A DNA stretch of 64,000 nt, taken from assembly GCA_020342155.1 (NCBI GenBank), contig CP070842.1, positions 555,930 to 619,929 on the forward strand, read 5' to 3'. Positions 56,410-64,000 of this stretch are shown here, in pieces. This stretch comes from Dehalococcoidales bacterium. Its GTDB lineage: Bacteria > Chloroflexota > Dehalococcoidia > Dehalococcoidales > Fen-1064. The position numbers were made by a program, and so were the translations under genes. Position 1 is the stretch's first letter; each line of letters starts with the position of its first letter. The notes beneath the pieces were generated by a model. That model did not search any database and was not told the origin of the DNA. It was given only the letters and a program-made list of their open reading frames with translations.

Positions 56410-56505
56410 ACACTAGCACCGATAGGAGTGCCTTTCATCCGCCAACCTGCTCATTCTGGTGAGTGCACGTGGCTGATTCGCTACATAGGTAATGTGTGCA
56501 TTCGG
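56410..56505 (-). promoter_or_regulatory. Conserved promoter/operator module, copy C3 (-35 ATGAAA 56433..56438; TGC-TAGTGT -10 56410..56415)
   Basis: More diverged copy that keeps the blocks GAATGCACACATT / GCCACGTGCAC / CAGAATGAG / TTGGCGGATGAAA and the 17-nt spacer. Confidence 0.55.
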
Positions 56506-56586
56506 TGGGCAAAAACAAGGCCAATTCCTGTTCTGATAATTGATGGTGGAGAACATACTTTGTGCTTCGTCCGAGATTCCCTTTAG

Positions 56587-56865
56587 CTCTCTTCTCTCAA
56601 ACTCGGGCTGAAGAACCCAGGATTCTTAAAAATAGTAATATCTGGCAGGAAAGTCGAACTTACTAATCTGGAAAATACAACCGGCTATGTAGAAGATCTC
56701 AATGAACTTCTAAAAGAGGGGGTGTTAACAGAAAGAAGGGCATTTATATGAAGTTTCGTAAAAGAGGTTAGAGTTACTGGTAATCAAGTGGTTTTAGGCT
56801 ACTCTATTCCCATTCTCCCAGAGAAAGTGACTATAGAGAAAGACGGGGTTCTACCTACTGTATAG
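56587..56865 (+). pseudogene. C-terminal remnant of a site-specific recombinase/integrase, with an in-frame TGA at 56749..56751
   Basis: Frame 1 reads ...GFLKIVISGRKVELTNLENTTGYVEDLNELLKEGVLTERRAFI*SFVKEVRVTGNQVVLGYSIPILPEKVTIEKDGVLPTV*. No N-terminal catalytic part is present, and it ends 2 nt from the tRNA 3' end. Family assignment is from memory of integrase C-termini abutting tRNA att sites. Confidence 0.45.
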
Positions 56866-56867
56866 CG

Positions 56868-56944
56868 TGGTGGGCGGTAGAGGATTTGAACCTCTGGCCT
56901 CTGCGATGTCAACGCAACGCTCTAACCAACTGAGCTAACCGCCC
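56868..56944 (-). tRNA. tRNA-Val(GAC): tRNA-Val (anticodon GAC), CCA encoded
   Basis: Reverse complement folds as a cloverleaf: GGGCGGU/ACCGCCC acceptor, GCUC/GAGC D-stem, UUGCG-UUGACAU-CGCAG anticodon arm, AGAGG-UUCAAAU-CCUCU T-arm, ACCA end; 77 nt. Confidence 0.9.
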
Positions 56945-57060
56945 TTCACCATAATGCTAGCAGACGTCGGGCTAGTTAATCAAGTATGTAAAAGAGGAGG
57001 CAGTCTCAAATGGATACCTCCTCTTGTTGCATTATTAACTATACCCTGTGCCAGCGTCTC

Positions 57061-57732
57061 CTAAGGGATACGCCAGCTTGCCCATCTGTCGCCGTCCACC
57101 TCTTTGCCATAGGCCTTTTTCGGAGTGACACCTCTGGCAATAAGGGCAGCGGTGACAGCCTTGATGATATCACCAATGATAAAAGGTGTCGCCCCTATCC
57201 CGAGGAGAGCCACGAATGACACCGGCGAACCTTTGACGAGGTCAAGATACAGGTGGAGCTGGAGGAGACCCGGGATATAAATCAGAATGAAGTTGGCAAA
57301 TAACATCAATCCCAGCATACTGAGAAAGCTCCGCGACCTGACATACCTGTCTGTGAAATAGCCCAAGAAGAGGGCTGACAGGATGAAACCGACTAGATAT
57401 CCCCCGGTGGGGCCTGTGAGATGACCTATTCCACCGGCAGTGAACGCCGACATCCCGGCAGTCGGTGCAAACCAGGGAACACCAGCAACGCCTAAACCGA
57501 CGTAAACTGCCATACTGACGCCTCCCCACCATCTCCCCATAAGCACGCCGGCCAGAAGTACGGCAAACGTCTGTCCGGTGATAGGGACCGGCCAGCCAAA
57601 CTTCAACTGGGCAATCAGACCGGTCAGTCCGGCAAAGCCGAGTGCCAGCGCCAGCTTCATCGGCAGGCTGAGCTCATACCGCCACCGAAAGACATCAAAT
57701 TTAGCCTGGTCAATTCGTGCCGCTACCTGCAT
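57061..57732 (-). CDS. bioY: Biotin transporter BioY (ECF S-component)
   Basis: ...VPITGQTFAVLLAGVLMG...GGYLVGFILSALFLGYF... typical BioY sequence with ~6 TM. Confidence 0.8.
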   Translation of the reverse strand: MQVAARIDQAKFDVFRWRYELSLPMKLALALGFAGLTGLIAQLKFGWPVPITGQTFAVLLAGVLMGRWWGGVSMAVYVGLGVAGVPWFAPTAGMSAFTAGGIGHLTGPTGGYLVGFILSALFLGYFTDRYVRSRSFLSMLGLMLFANFILIYIPGLLQLHLYLDLVKGSPVSFVALLGIGATPFIIGDIIKAVTAALIARGVTPKKAYGKEVDGDRWASWRIP

Positions 57733-57836
57733 ACGTACCTCCTACTTGTGGTTTCTTAACTGTCTGCCAGTTTGTAGCCATCGCATACTTTAGCACACGC
57801 CGAGAGGACAATCAACGCTATCCGGTTCTATTTAAC

Positions 57837-58073
57837 CTAAGCAGTCGGTTTCTCTTTGCCGATTATGGCAATTTCCAGGTTCTTACCACAGTTGGGACAG
57901 ACCATATTGAGAGTAAGCGGTTGGCTCATGATACGCTCAGCAACAGCCGTCACCATTGAGTCAATATTGTCGAGGCGCGTATCCAGCATATCGAGATGTT
58001 TCTTGAGGCGCTCCACATCCTGTACTATCTCTTCAGTCACTGCCGGAGCTGTATTTTCGTCAGCCAAGTCCAC
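57837..58073 (-). CDS. Small coiled-coil protein with C-terminal CxxC
   Basis: 78 aa; function unknown. Confidence 0.4.
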   Translation of the reverse strand: MDLADENTAPAVTEEIVQDVERLKKHLDMLDTRLDNIDSMVTAVAERIMSQPLTLNMVCPNCGKNLEIAIIGKEKPTA

Positions 58074-58267
58074 ACCCTCCCCAAACTATTATTCGATTAG
58101 GTATACAGGAAAAATCACCAGATACAATAGCATACCACACACCATCCCATTCAATCCATCGCTCGCTGGGGCTCCAGACCGCCCTCAAATACCAGAATTC
58201 AAGTTTGGGAAGTACTCTCAGTAAACCACCCAGCTGTATGATACTTCAGGCGAGTACGCTCCCGGAG

Positions 58268-58780
58268 CTATGAATCCTTCCGTCGTCTCCTGCGGCGTCT
58301 CTGCTTCGGCACGAGCAGTACCGGCACACCGGCTTTCCGGGTAACCTCATCAGCAACGCTCCCCAGTATCGCCCGTTTCAGCCCGCCCTTACCACTGGTC
58401 ATCATCACAATCAGGTCGACTCTCTTTTCAGCGGAATACCGGACAATTGCCTTACCCGGATCTCCCATGGCGATGTGACAGGCCCCCTCTATGCCCTGCT
58501 TGTTAATTGCTCTGAGTTTCTGTTGGAGGTACTTTCTGGCACGCGTTACGTGGATACGGTCCTGAATCCGTGCCGATTGCACCGCTAGCCTGGCGGAAGT
58601 CGGGTCCACTCCTATTTCTGTAGCTGTTGAACTGGGGACAACAGTAGCCGGCGGTACTGCTCTCACAATAATCAGCTTTGCCTGGTACCGTTTGGCGATG
58701 TCACTTGCGTAGGGAAGCGCCTGTCCACTGAACCTTGAGCCATCCAAGGGTACCAAGATACGTTTAAACATCGTCTCCAA
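58268..58780 (-). CDS. Universal stress protein with poly-Arg C-terminal tail
   Basis: ILVPLDGS...DLIVMMTSGKGG...GSVADEV; C-terminus KQRRRRRRRKDS. Confidence 0.8.
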   Translation of the reverse strand: METMFKRILVPLDGSRFSGQALPYASDIAKRYQAKLIIVRAVPPATVVPSSTATEIGVDPTSARLAVQSARIQDRIHVTRARKYLQQKLRAINKQGIEGACHIAMGDPGKAIVRYSAEKRVDLIVMMTSGKGGLKRAILGSVADEVTRKAGVPVLLVPKQRRRRRRRKDS

Positions 58781-58979
58781 TCTCCTTCACTAATCTACTA
58801 CAGGACACTTATACCTTCCCACTCGATGGCAACCGCATATATAAGAATCATTGTTGCTCAACGGCGATTCTGATTATATTGCAGAGCGGACGCCGTGTCA
58901 AAAACTTTCACGCAATAGAGTCTTGATTTGCTATATCCGATGGCATATACTTGTTCCAAAAGAAAAGGAGGACGTCCCG

Positions 58980-59231
58980 ATGCCTGAAGAAGCGATTGGG
59001 AAAGTGAGTGACTTCTTCGCCAGGCCGGTAGTAGCCGGTATCGAACTGACCGCAACTCTAAAGGTAGGCGACCAGCTCCACATTCAGGGGCACACCACCG
59101 ACCTCGAGATTACGGTCGATTCAATGCAAATCAACAACGTCAATGTACAAGAGGCCAAAGCCGGGGACTCTGTCGGTATTAAAGTCCCGGACCGGGTGAG
59201 GCGGGGAGATACAATCTACAAGGTCACTTGA
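58980..59231 (+). CDS. Small EF-Tu-domain-2-like beta-barrel protein
   Basis: 83 aa from ATG 58980 (AAAGGAGG upstream); ...GDQLHIQGHTTD...AKAGDSVGIKV...GDTIYKV pattern. Confidence 0.55.
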   Translation: MPEEAIGKVSDFFARPVVAGIELTATLKVGDQLHIQGHTTDLEITVDSMQINNVNVQEAKAGDSVGIKVPDRVRRGDTIYKVT

Positions 59232-59238
59232 TTAAAGC

Positions 59239-59703
59239 CTATGTAATGCCCTTGAGCAAGTTTACCATCTCGATGGCATCTACGGCAGCGTCAAAACCCT
59301 TGTTGCCGGCCTTGGTTCCGGCACGCTCAACCGCCTGCTCCAGAGTATCGGCAGTAATTATACCGTAGGCGATTGGCAGTCCCGTCTCAAGGCTTGCTCT
59401 GGCAATGCCCTTGGTAACCTCAGCAGCAATATACTCAAAATGAGGTGTTGCCCCACGAATCACCGCCCCGAGGCAAATAACAGCATCATACCGCTTGGTC
59501 TGAGCCAGTTTCTGGGCTACCAGTGGTATCTCGAATGAACCCGGCACCCAGGCAATATCTATGTCGCCATCCCCTACACCGTGACGGAGCAACGCATCTT
59601 GTGCCCCCTCAAGCAGTTTCCTGGTAATAAACTCATTGAAACGTGAAGCCACCACCCCGAACTTCAGCCCCTTTCCCAGTAGCATCCCTTCAAAAAGACT
59701 CAC
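59239..59703 (-). CDS. ribH: 6,7-dimethyl-8-ribityllumazine synthase
   Basis: ...[17 protein letters not shown]...L..HGV....I...WVPGSFEIP... canonical RibH. Confidence 0.95.
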   Translation of the reverse strand: MSLFEGMLLGKGLKFGVVASRFNEFITRKLLEGAQDALLRHGVGDGDIDIAWVPGSFEIPLVAQKLAQTKRYDAVICLGAVIRGATPHFEYIAAEVTKGIARASLETGLPIAYGIITADTLEQAVERAGTKAGNKGFDAAVDAIEMVNLLKGIT

Positions 59704-59795
59704 TGTTTCCTCCTTCTTTCCGGATTGACCGGCCCCTGCCGTATAATCCGGTTCAACCGGAACAAACCGGGCAGGGAATGTGTTAGCCCTCGAAT

Positions 59796-61025
59796 CTATT
59801 TGGGTTCACTTTCTGGCAATTCCAGCAGGTGTCCCATCTTCTGCTGCTTCGTTTCCAGGTAATGCAGATTATACGGATTCGGCGGGCATATAATGGGCAC
59901 TGCTTCCACTATCTTTAGACCATAACCTTCAAGACCAGCCCGTTTCTTCGGGTTATTTGTCAATAAACGAATATTCTTTAGTCCCAAGTCTACCAATATT
60001 TGCATCCCTATACCATAATCCCGTCTATCGGGAGGGAAACCCAGAGCCTCATTAGCCTCCACGGTATCGAGCCCGTTGTCCTGAAGCTCATAAGCTCTTA
60101 TCTTGTTATGGAAGCCGATTCCTCTCCCCTCCTGCCTCATATAAAGCACAACACCCTGCCCTTCTTCAGCAATCATCTGCACGGCCATCTGTAACTGCTC
60201 ACCACAATCACAGCGGAGACTACTAAATACATCCCCGGTGAGACACTCACTGTGAACCCGGACAAGTACAGGTTCTTCAGTATCTATGTCCCCCATCACG
60301 AGAGCAAGGTGCTCGTCTGGGTCAACATCACTTCTGTAAGCAATCGCCTTGAACTCACCAAAGCGTGTCGGTAGGTCCGCCTCGGCTACCTTATGTACCA
60401 GTTTTTCGTGATGACGTCGATAGGCAATCAGGTCGGCCACGCTAACTATCTTCAGGTCGAACTTATCAGCAATTACCTCGAGTTGAGGCATACGTGCCAT
60501 TGTGCCGTCTTCGTTCATAATCTCACAGACGACGCCAGCCGGATAAAGACCGGCTAGCCGCGCTAGGTCAACAATCGCTTCGGTCTGCCCTGCCCTTACC
60601 AGGACACCACCATCACGGGCACGCAGCGGGAACGTGTGTCCCGGTTGAACAAGGTCTTCCGGTCTGGTCGCCGGGTCAACAATAGCCTTAACTGTTTCGG
60701 CACGGTCGGCCGCAGAGATACCGGTGCTGGTCCGGTGCTTGGCTTCCACGGATATGGTGAAAGCAGTCCCGTACTTAGCTGTATTATTTTGCACCATCAT
60801 CGGGATATTAAGCTCATCTAGGCGCTTACCGGTAACAGGCATACATATCAGACCCCTAGCATGCTTGGCCATGAAATTAATCGCCTCAGGAGTGACCAGT
60901 TCTGCTGCCATGGACAGGTCGCCCTCATTCTCGCGGTCTTCATCATCAACAATAATGACAAACTTACCGGCCTTTATGTCTTCGATAGCCTCTGAAATAG
61001 TTGATAGTCCCATACTCACCCCCAT
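59796..61025 (-). CDS. ribBA: Bifunctional 3,4-dihydroxy-2-butanone-4-phosphate synthase / GTP cyclohydrolase II
   Basis: [11 protein letters not shown] (RibB) and [21 protein letters not shown] (RibA) motifs. Confidence 0.95.
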   Translation of the reverse strand: MGVSMGLSTISEAIEDIKAGKFVIIVDDEDRENEGDLSMAAELVTPEAINFMAKHARGLICMPVTGKRLDELNIPMMVQNNTAKYGTAFTISVEAKHRTSTGISAADRAETVKAIVDPATRPEDLVQPGHTFPLRARDGGVLVRAGQTEAIVDLARLAGLYPAGVVCEIMNEDGTMARMPQLEVIADKFDLKIVSVADLIAYRRHHEKLVHKVAEADLPTRFGEFKAIAYRSDVDPDEHLALVMGDIDTEEPVLVRVHSECLTGDVFSSLRCDCGEQLQMAVQMIAEEGQGVVLYMRQEGRGIGFHNKIRAYELQDNGLDTVEANEALGFPPDRRDYGIGMQILVDLGLKNIRLLTNNPKKRAGLEGYGLKIVEAVPIICPPNPYNLHYLETKQQKMGHLLELPESEPK

Positions 61026-61040
61026 ATCAAGGAAGGTAAA

Positions 61041-61670
61041 TCAACCAACCAGAAATCCATGCTCCCGCAGGAAATCTTCGGTGATGCCGGAAGTTTCTGG
61101 CTTGGTGAGTACCTCCACGTATTTAGCAATGATATCCGCCTCCAGGTTTACAGGGTCACCTACACGACGCTCACCGATTGTCGTGTTACGGCGGGTATAT
61201 TCAACAATTGACACACTAAAAGAAACCGCTTCTCTGGTTATGACCGTGAGGCTAAGCCCGTCGACAGCGATAAAGCCTTTCTCCACCATGTAGCGCATCA
61301 CCTGCGGGGGGGCTTCAAACTCGACCATCAGGGTATTGTCCTCCCACCGCATCGAGGCTACTCGTCCCATGCCATCAATATGCCCCTGAACAAGGTGGCC
61401 ACCGAGGCGTCCTCCGAACGTTAGGGCCCGCTCCAGGTTGACACCATCCCCGACCTTTAGCTGACCGAGATTAGACCTTTTGGCTGTCTCTGGCATTATG
61501 TCAATAGAGAACGAGTAATCATCAAATCGGGTCACTGTCAAGCAGGCACCATTGACATTGATACTGTCACCTATCTGCATGTTCTCAAGTACCCGGTCTG
61601 CCCTTACCTTGAGCTTCCCTGGCTGGATGTAGTCAATCCGGCCTACCTCTTCAGCTATTCCGGTGAACAA
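61041..61670 (-). CDS. ribE: Riboflavin synthase alpha chain
   Basis: MFTGI..E.G...... duplicated-barrel sequence with GDSINVNGACLTV and HLVQGHIDG. Confidence 0.95.
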   Translation of the reverse strand: MFTGIAEEVGRIDYIQPGKLKVRADRVLENMQIGDSINVNGACLTVTRFDDYSFSIDIMPETAKRSNLGQLKVGDGVNLERALTFGGRLGGHLVQGHIDGMGRVASMRWEDNTLMVEFEAPPQVMRYMVEKGFIAVDGLSLTVITREAVSFSVSIVEYTRRNTTIGERRVGDPVNLEADIIAKYVEVLTKPETSGITEDFLREHGFLVG

Positions 61671-61673
61671 CCA

Positions 61674-62765
61674 TTAACCTCCGATATACCCGCTGACCAT
61701 CACGTCACCGTTGCATTCCATGGCGGTAACACGCTCCAGGTGGATTGAGTCAGCGATTTTATCGACACCCCTGCCCCCGACCGCCGTTTCTGCCTCACTG
61801 CCACCAATAATGACCGGAGCAACAAAGGCAACAACCTTATCAACAAGACCATGGTCAAACATGTAGCCGAGAAGCGTGCCGCCGCCCTCAACGAGAATAC
61901 TGGTTATTTCACGCTGACCGAGTACCTTGAGCAATTGCTCCAGGTCCACCAGTCCCTCACTCGAAGGCAACTCTACCACATCAGCATTCATGCTTTGATA
62001 ACCTTCAACAATCTCAAGCTTAACCCCTTCTCCCAGCGCTAAAAGCGCCCGGCCTGGCTCACCGAATACCTGTGCGTTTACCGGTGTGCGTCCGTTAGCA
62101 TCAACGATAATACGCAGTGGCTGTTTTCTCATCACGCCACCACGCTCACCACACCGACATGTAAGCTGTGGGTCATCGGTAAGAACAGTATTCACCCCAA
62201 CCATAACAGCATCAGTAATATGCCTCAGAGAATGGACGTATCTCCTCGACTCCTGATTACTTATCCACCTGGAATCACCGCTCCGGGTGGCAATCTTCCC
62301 ATCCAGACTCATAGCAAACTTGGCAGTGACGAACGGTATACCGGTGGTGACGTATTTAATATAGGTCTCGTTAACCTCCCTGGCATCTTCCTCGTGCTCA
62401 CCCACGAACGTGCCGATACCCTGTCTCCGCAGTTCCTCTTCCCCCTTGCCCGAGACTCGAGGATCCGGGTCAAGCATCGCCATATGTACCTCGGCGACAC
62501 CGGCGGTAACTATTGCCCCTGTGCACGGCGGCGTGCGGCCGAAGTGGCAACAGGGCTCCAGAGTAACATACATTACACTGTTCTGGGCAGCGCTGCCCGC
62601 CTGCTCCAGGGCGACGACTTCAGCGTGCGCAGAGCCGGGAGGCTGCGTGTAACCCTGGCCCACAACCTCTTCATCCTTGACTATAACTGCGCCAACCGCA
62701 GGGTTAGGGCTGACCTGTCCCAAAGCTAGTCCCGCTAAGGAGAGCGCCTGTTCCATATAGTCCAT
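61674..62765 (-). CDS. ribD: Bifunctional riboflavin biosynthesis deaminase/reductase
   Basis: HAEVVAL...PCCHFGRTPPC deaminase zinc motif plus a C-terminal reductase domain. Confidence 0.95.
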   Translation of the reverse strand: MDYMEQALSLAGLALGQVSPNPAVGAVIVKDEEVVGQGYTQPPGSAHAEVVALEQAGSAAQNSVMYVTLEPCCHFGRTPPCTGAIVTAGVAEVHMAMLDPDPRVSGKGEEELRRQGIGTFVGEHEEDAREVNETYIKYVTTGIPFVTAKFAMSLDGKIATRSGDSRWISNQESRRYVHSLRHITDAVMVGVNTVLTDDPQLTCRCGERGGVMRKQPLRIIVDANGRTPVNAQVFGEPGRALLALGEGVKLEIVEGYQSMNADVVELPSSEGLVDLEQLLKVLGQREITSILVEGGGTLLGYMFDHGLVDKVVAFVAPVIIGGSEAETAVGGRGVDKIADSIHLERVTAMECNGDVMVSGYIGG

Positions 62766-62932
62766 CTTGCTGCCATTCTAGCACCACCCCGAGAGCAAGT
62801 GCAACAATGACCAGGTAGGCCACAATAGTACCAGAAAGGGATAATTGATTGTAACAGACTAGAAGTGCCGACATAAAGCGAGTATAATTGGGATTAAGAT
62901 TCAGTCTGAGAGAGGGGCCCTTCATCATACGC

Positions 62933-63496
62933 ATGAAAAAGCCAGTTCGTGACTTCCTCATTATGATAGCAATCGCGGTAGTAGTCTTTTTCGGACTACG
63001 ACTCACGCTGCAAACGTACGTAGTTTTAGGTCCCAGCATGGAGCCAAACTTCGAAACAAACCAGCGATTGCTGGTAAACAAGCTCGTGTATAACTTCCAT
63101 GACCCGGAAAGGGGAGATGTCGTCATCCTCTGGCCACCTTTTGACGTCGATGCCCCTTTCATCAAACGCGTGATTGGTTTACCCGGTGAGCGTGTCGAGA
63201 TAAGACAAGGCCAGGTCTACATCCACCAGCCGGATGGTGCTGTCCTAGAGCTTGATGAGGAAGATTACATCGAGTACCAAGCCACGAGACAATATTTTGG
63301 TGAAATTATACCCGAAGGTGAGTATTTTGTCCTTGGCGACAACCGGAATAATACCGATGACTCACGCAATGGTTGGACGGTGCCGGCCGAAAACATCATC
63401 GGCAAGGCGTGGCTGTCAATCTGGCCACCAAACCTGTGGGGAATGGCAGCCAACCATCCCTTCCCCGAACAGGTCGCCAATGCGGCCAGTGACTGA
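62933..63496 (+). CDS. lepB: Signal peptidase I
   Basis: GPSMEPNF (Ser box), KRVIGLPGE (Lys box), GDNRNNTDDSR. Start set at ATG 62933 (MKKPVRDFL). Confidence 0.9.
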   Translation: MKKPVRDFLIMIAIAVVVFFGLRLTLQTYVVLGPSMEPNFETNQRLLVNKLVYNFHDPERGDVVILWPPFDVDAPFIKRVIGLPGERVEIRQGQVYIHQPDGAVLELDEEDYIEYQATRQYFGEIIPEGEYFVLGDNRNNTDDSRNGWTVPAENIIGKAWLSIWPPNLWGMAANHPFPEQVANAASD

Positions 63497-63596
63497 GCTG
63501 ACCCAGTCTACTTTCTGAAGCTTTTAGTATAAGCATGTTTATCATTCCTACTGCTTAGCCATAAACTGCGAAGATAAATCCGGTACAGTGCATAGA

Positions 63597-63625
63597 TTGA
63601 CGTAGGTTATAGCATCACTTATTAT
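63597..63625 (+). promoter_or_regulatory. Sigma-70 promoter candidate TTGACG-N17-TATTAT
   Basis: Hexamers at 63597..63602 and 63620..63625, ~52 nt upstream of ATG 63678. Confidence 0.4.
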
Positions 63626-63677
63626 TTTATTGTTTCTTTCCACAAGAGAATTTGACAATAGTAGCAGGAAAAACACT

Positions 63678-64000
63678 ATGGCGAAGAAAAGAGAGGAATT
63701 AGCCTACTGCGGTGTTGACTGTGAGGAATGCAACATATACCGCGCGATGGTATATGGAGAAGAATTGAAGCCTGAAACGATACAAAGGTGGCAGGAAGAT
63801 GCCAAGAAATACTGGAGAATAGACTCTCTAGACCCGAAAGACATTAACTGTCAGGGCTGCCGATACGATGGAGAAGAAGTGTTCTATGGCTTTAGGCTAT
63901 GTCCCACTCGTAACTGTTGTAAAAAACAGGGGCTTAGTAGCTGTGGGCTCTGCCCGGAATGGAAGACATGCGAGCTACTTGATGGGTCTGGGGGTAAAGA
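63678..64000 (+). CDS. Cys-rich DUF3795-like protein, 3'-partial (runs off the window)
   Basis: MAKKREELAYCGVDCEECNIY...CQGC...CPTRNCC...CGLCPEW; open to the window end and absent from the ORF track because it has no stop. Confidence 0.55.
   Translation, partial: MAKKREELAYCGVDCEECNIYRAMVYGEELKPETIQRWQEDAKKYWRIDSLDPKDINCQGCRYDGEEVFYGFRLCPTRNCCKKQGLSSCGLCPEWKTCELLDGSGGK

Larger units (their letters stand above)
34168..56879. mobile_element. Candidate decayed integrated island (~22.7 kb) at the tRNA-Val 3' end
   Basis: 12-bp direct repeat TGGTGGGCGGTA at both ends and a recombinase remnant abutting the tRNA end. All four copies of the conserved promoter module and all three LPRAxFIS-type TCSs lie inside it. 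Confidence 0.3.

Noticed and set aside
56749-56751. In-frame TGA in the recombinase-like frame as a possible second selenocysteine codon.
   Set aside because: There is no SECIS-like hairpin downstream. The frame lacks its whole N-terminal catalytic part and has another stop at 56584. Gene decay is the simpler explanation.
57757-57773. TAACTG-N5-CAGTTT imperfect palindrome just upstream of the bioY SD, as a possible BirA operator.
   Set aside because: It is only a 5-6-bp half-site match and does not resemble the BirA consensus I can recall (TGTwAAC-N14-GTTwACA type). There is too little evidence for a call.
62766-62932. Expected FMN (RFN) riboswitch upstream of ribD. The minus strand contains GUCGGCACUUCUAGUCUGUUAC and CUCGGGGUGGUG, faintly like RFN segments.
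   Set aside because: The two look-alike segments are in the wrong order relative to the RFN consensus (GGGGCAGGGUGAAAUUCCC...CCGACAGU..AGUCUGGAUG). The 167-nt divergent ribD-lepB spacer is too short and lacks the core motifs. I could not support a riboswitch call; a covariance-model scan (RF00050) would settle it.

Overview
Gene-dense 64-kb chromosomal segment, coding on both strands, from an anaerobic bacterium. The Fe-S/flavin/molybdopterin gene content and strong AAGGAGG ribosome-binding sites resemble Chloroflexota or Dehalococcoidia-like anaerobes, but taxonomy cannot be settled from this window. All calls rest on motif recognition in the supplied translations and on reading the DNA; no database search was run. 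From left to right: (1) a CoA-transferase, a GltB-like flavoprotein and a NuoE-like protein. (2) Three tandem 359-aa FemAB-like paralogs followed by an ATP-grasp ligase and an Asp/Glu racemase. (3) An esterase, glpK, a G3P dehydrogenase, and a cytoplasmic molybdopterin oxidoreductase with a GltD-like partner. (4) A short stretch of decayed gene fragments (SIR2-like and amidohydrolase) flanked by a duplicated promoter, then zinc-ribbon RDD and DUF2339 membrane proteins. (5) A long minus-strand regulatory and electron-transfer locus at 21.3-33.0 kb. It encodes a short sigma-54 homolog, a histidine kinase with an [FeFe]-hydrogenase H-domain-like sensor and an NtrC-type activator. A terminator and a near-consensus -24/-12 promoter follow. 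That promoter drives a REC/Cys-rich protein, NuoE-like and NuoF-like proteins and a REC-fused NuoG-N-terminal-like Fe-S protein. A NarL regulator and a second kinase carrying the same Cys-rich module complete the locus. (6) A ~22.7-kb block (34.2-56.9 kb) bounded by a 12-bp repeat of the tRNA-Val 3' end, with a recombinase remnant at one edge. It carries a Tat-exported selenocysteine (in-frame TGA plus hairpin) FdnG-like enzyme with FdnH-like and NrfD-like partners. It also carries an orphan FdnH/FdnI-like pair with a UbiA-family gene, three paralogous NarL-type two-component systems sharing an unusual membrane sensor module, tandem small membrane-protein genes, USPs and an orphan solute-binding lipoprotein. 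A conserved promoter/operator module is repeated four times inside this block. (7) bioY, ribD-ribE-ribBA-ribH, lepB and a partial Cys-rich gene. The most notable candidates are the hydrogenase-derived sigma-54 signalling locus, the four-copy promoter module and the FemAB/ATP-grasp/racemase cassette.
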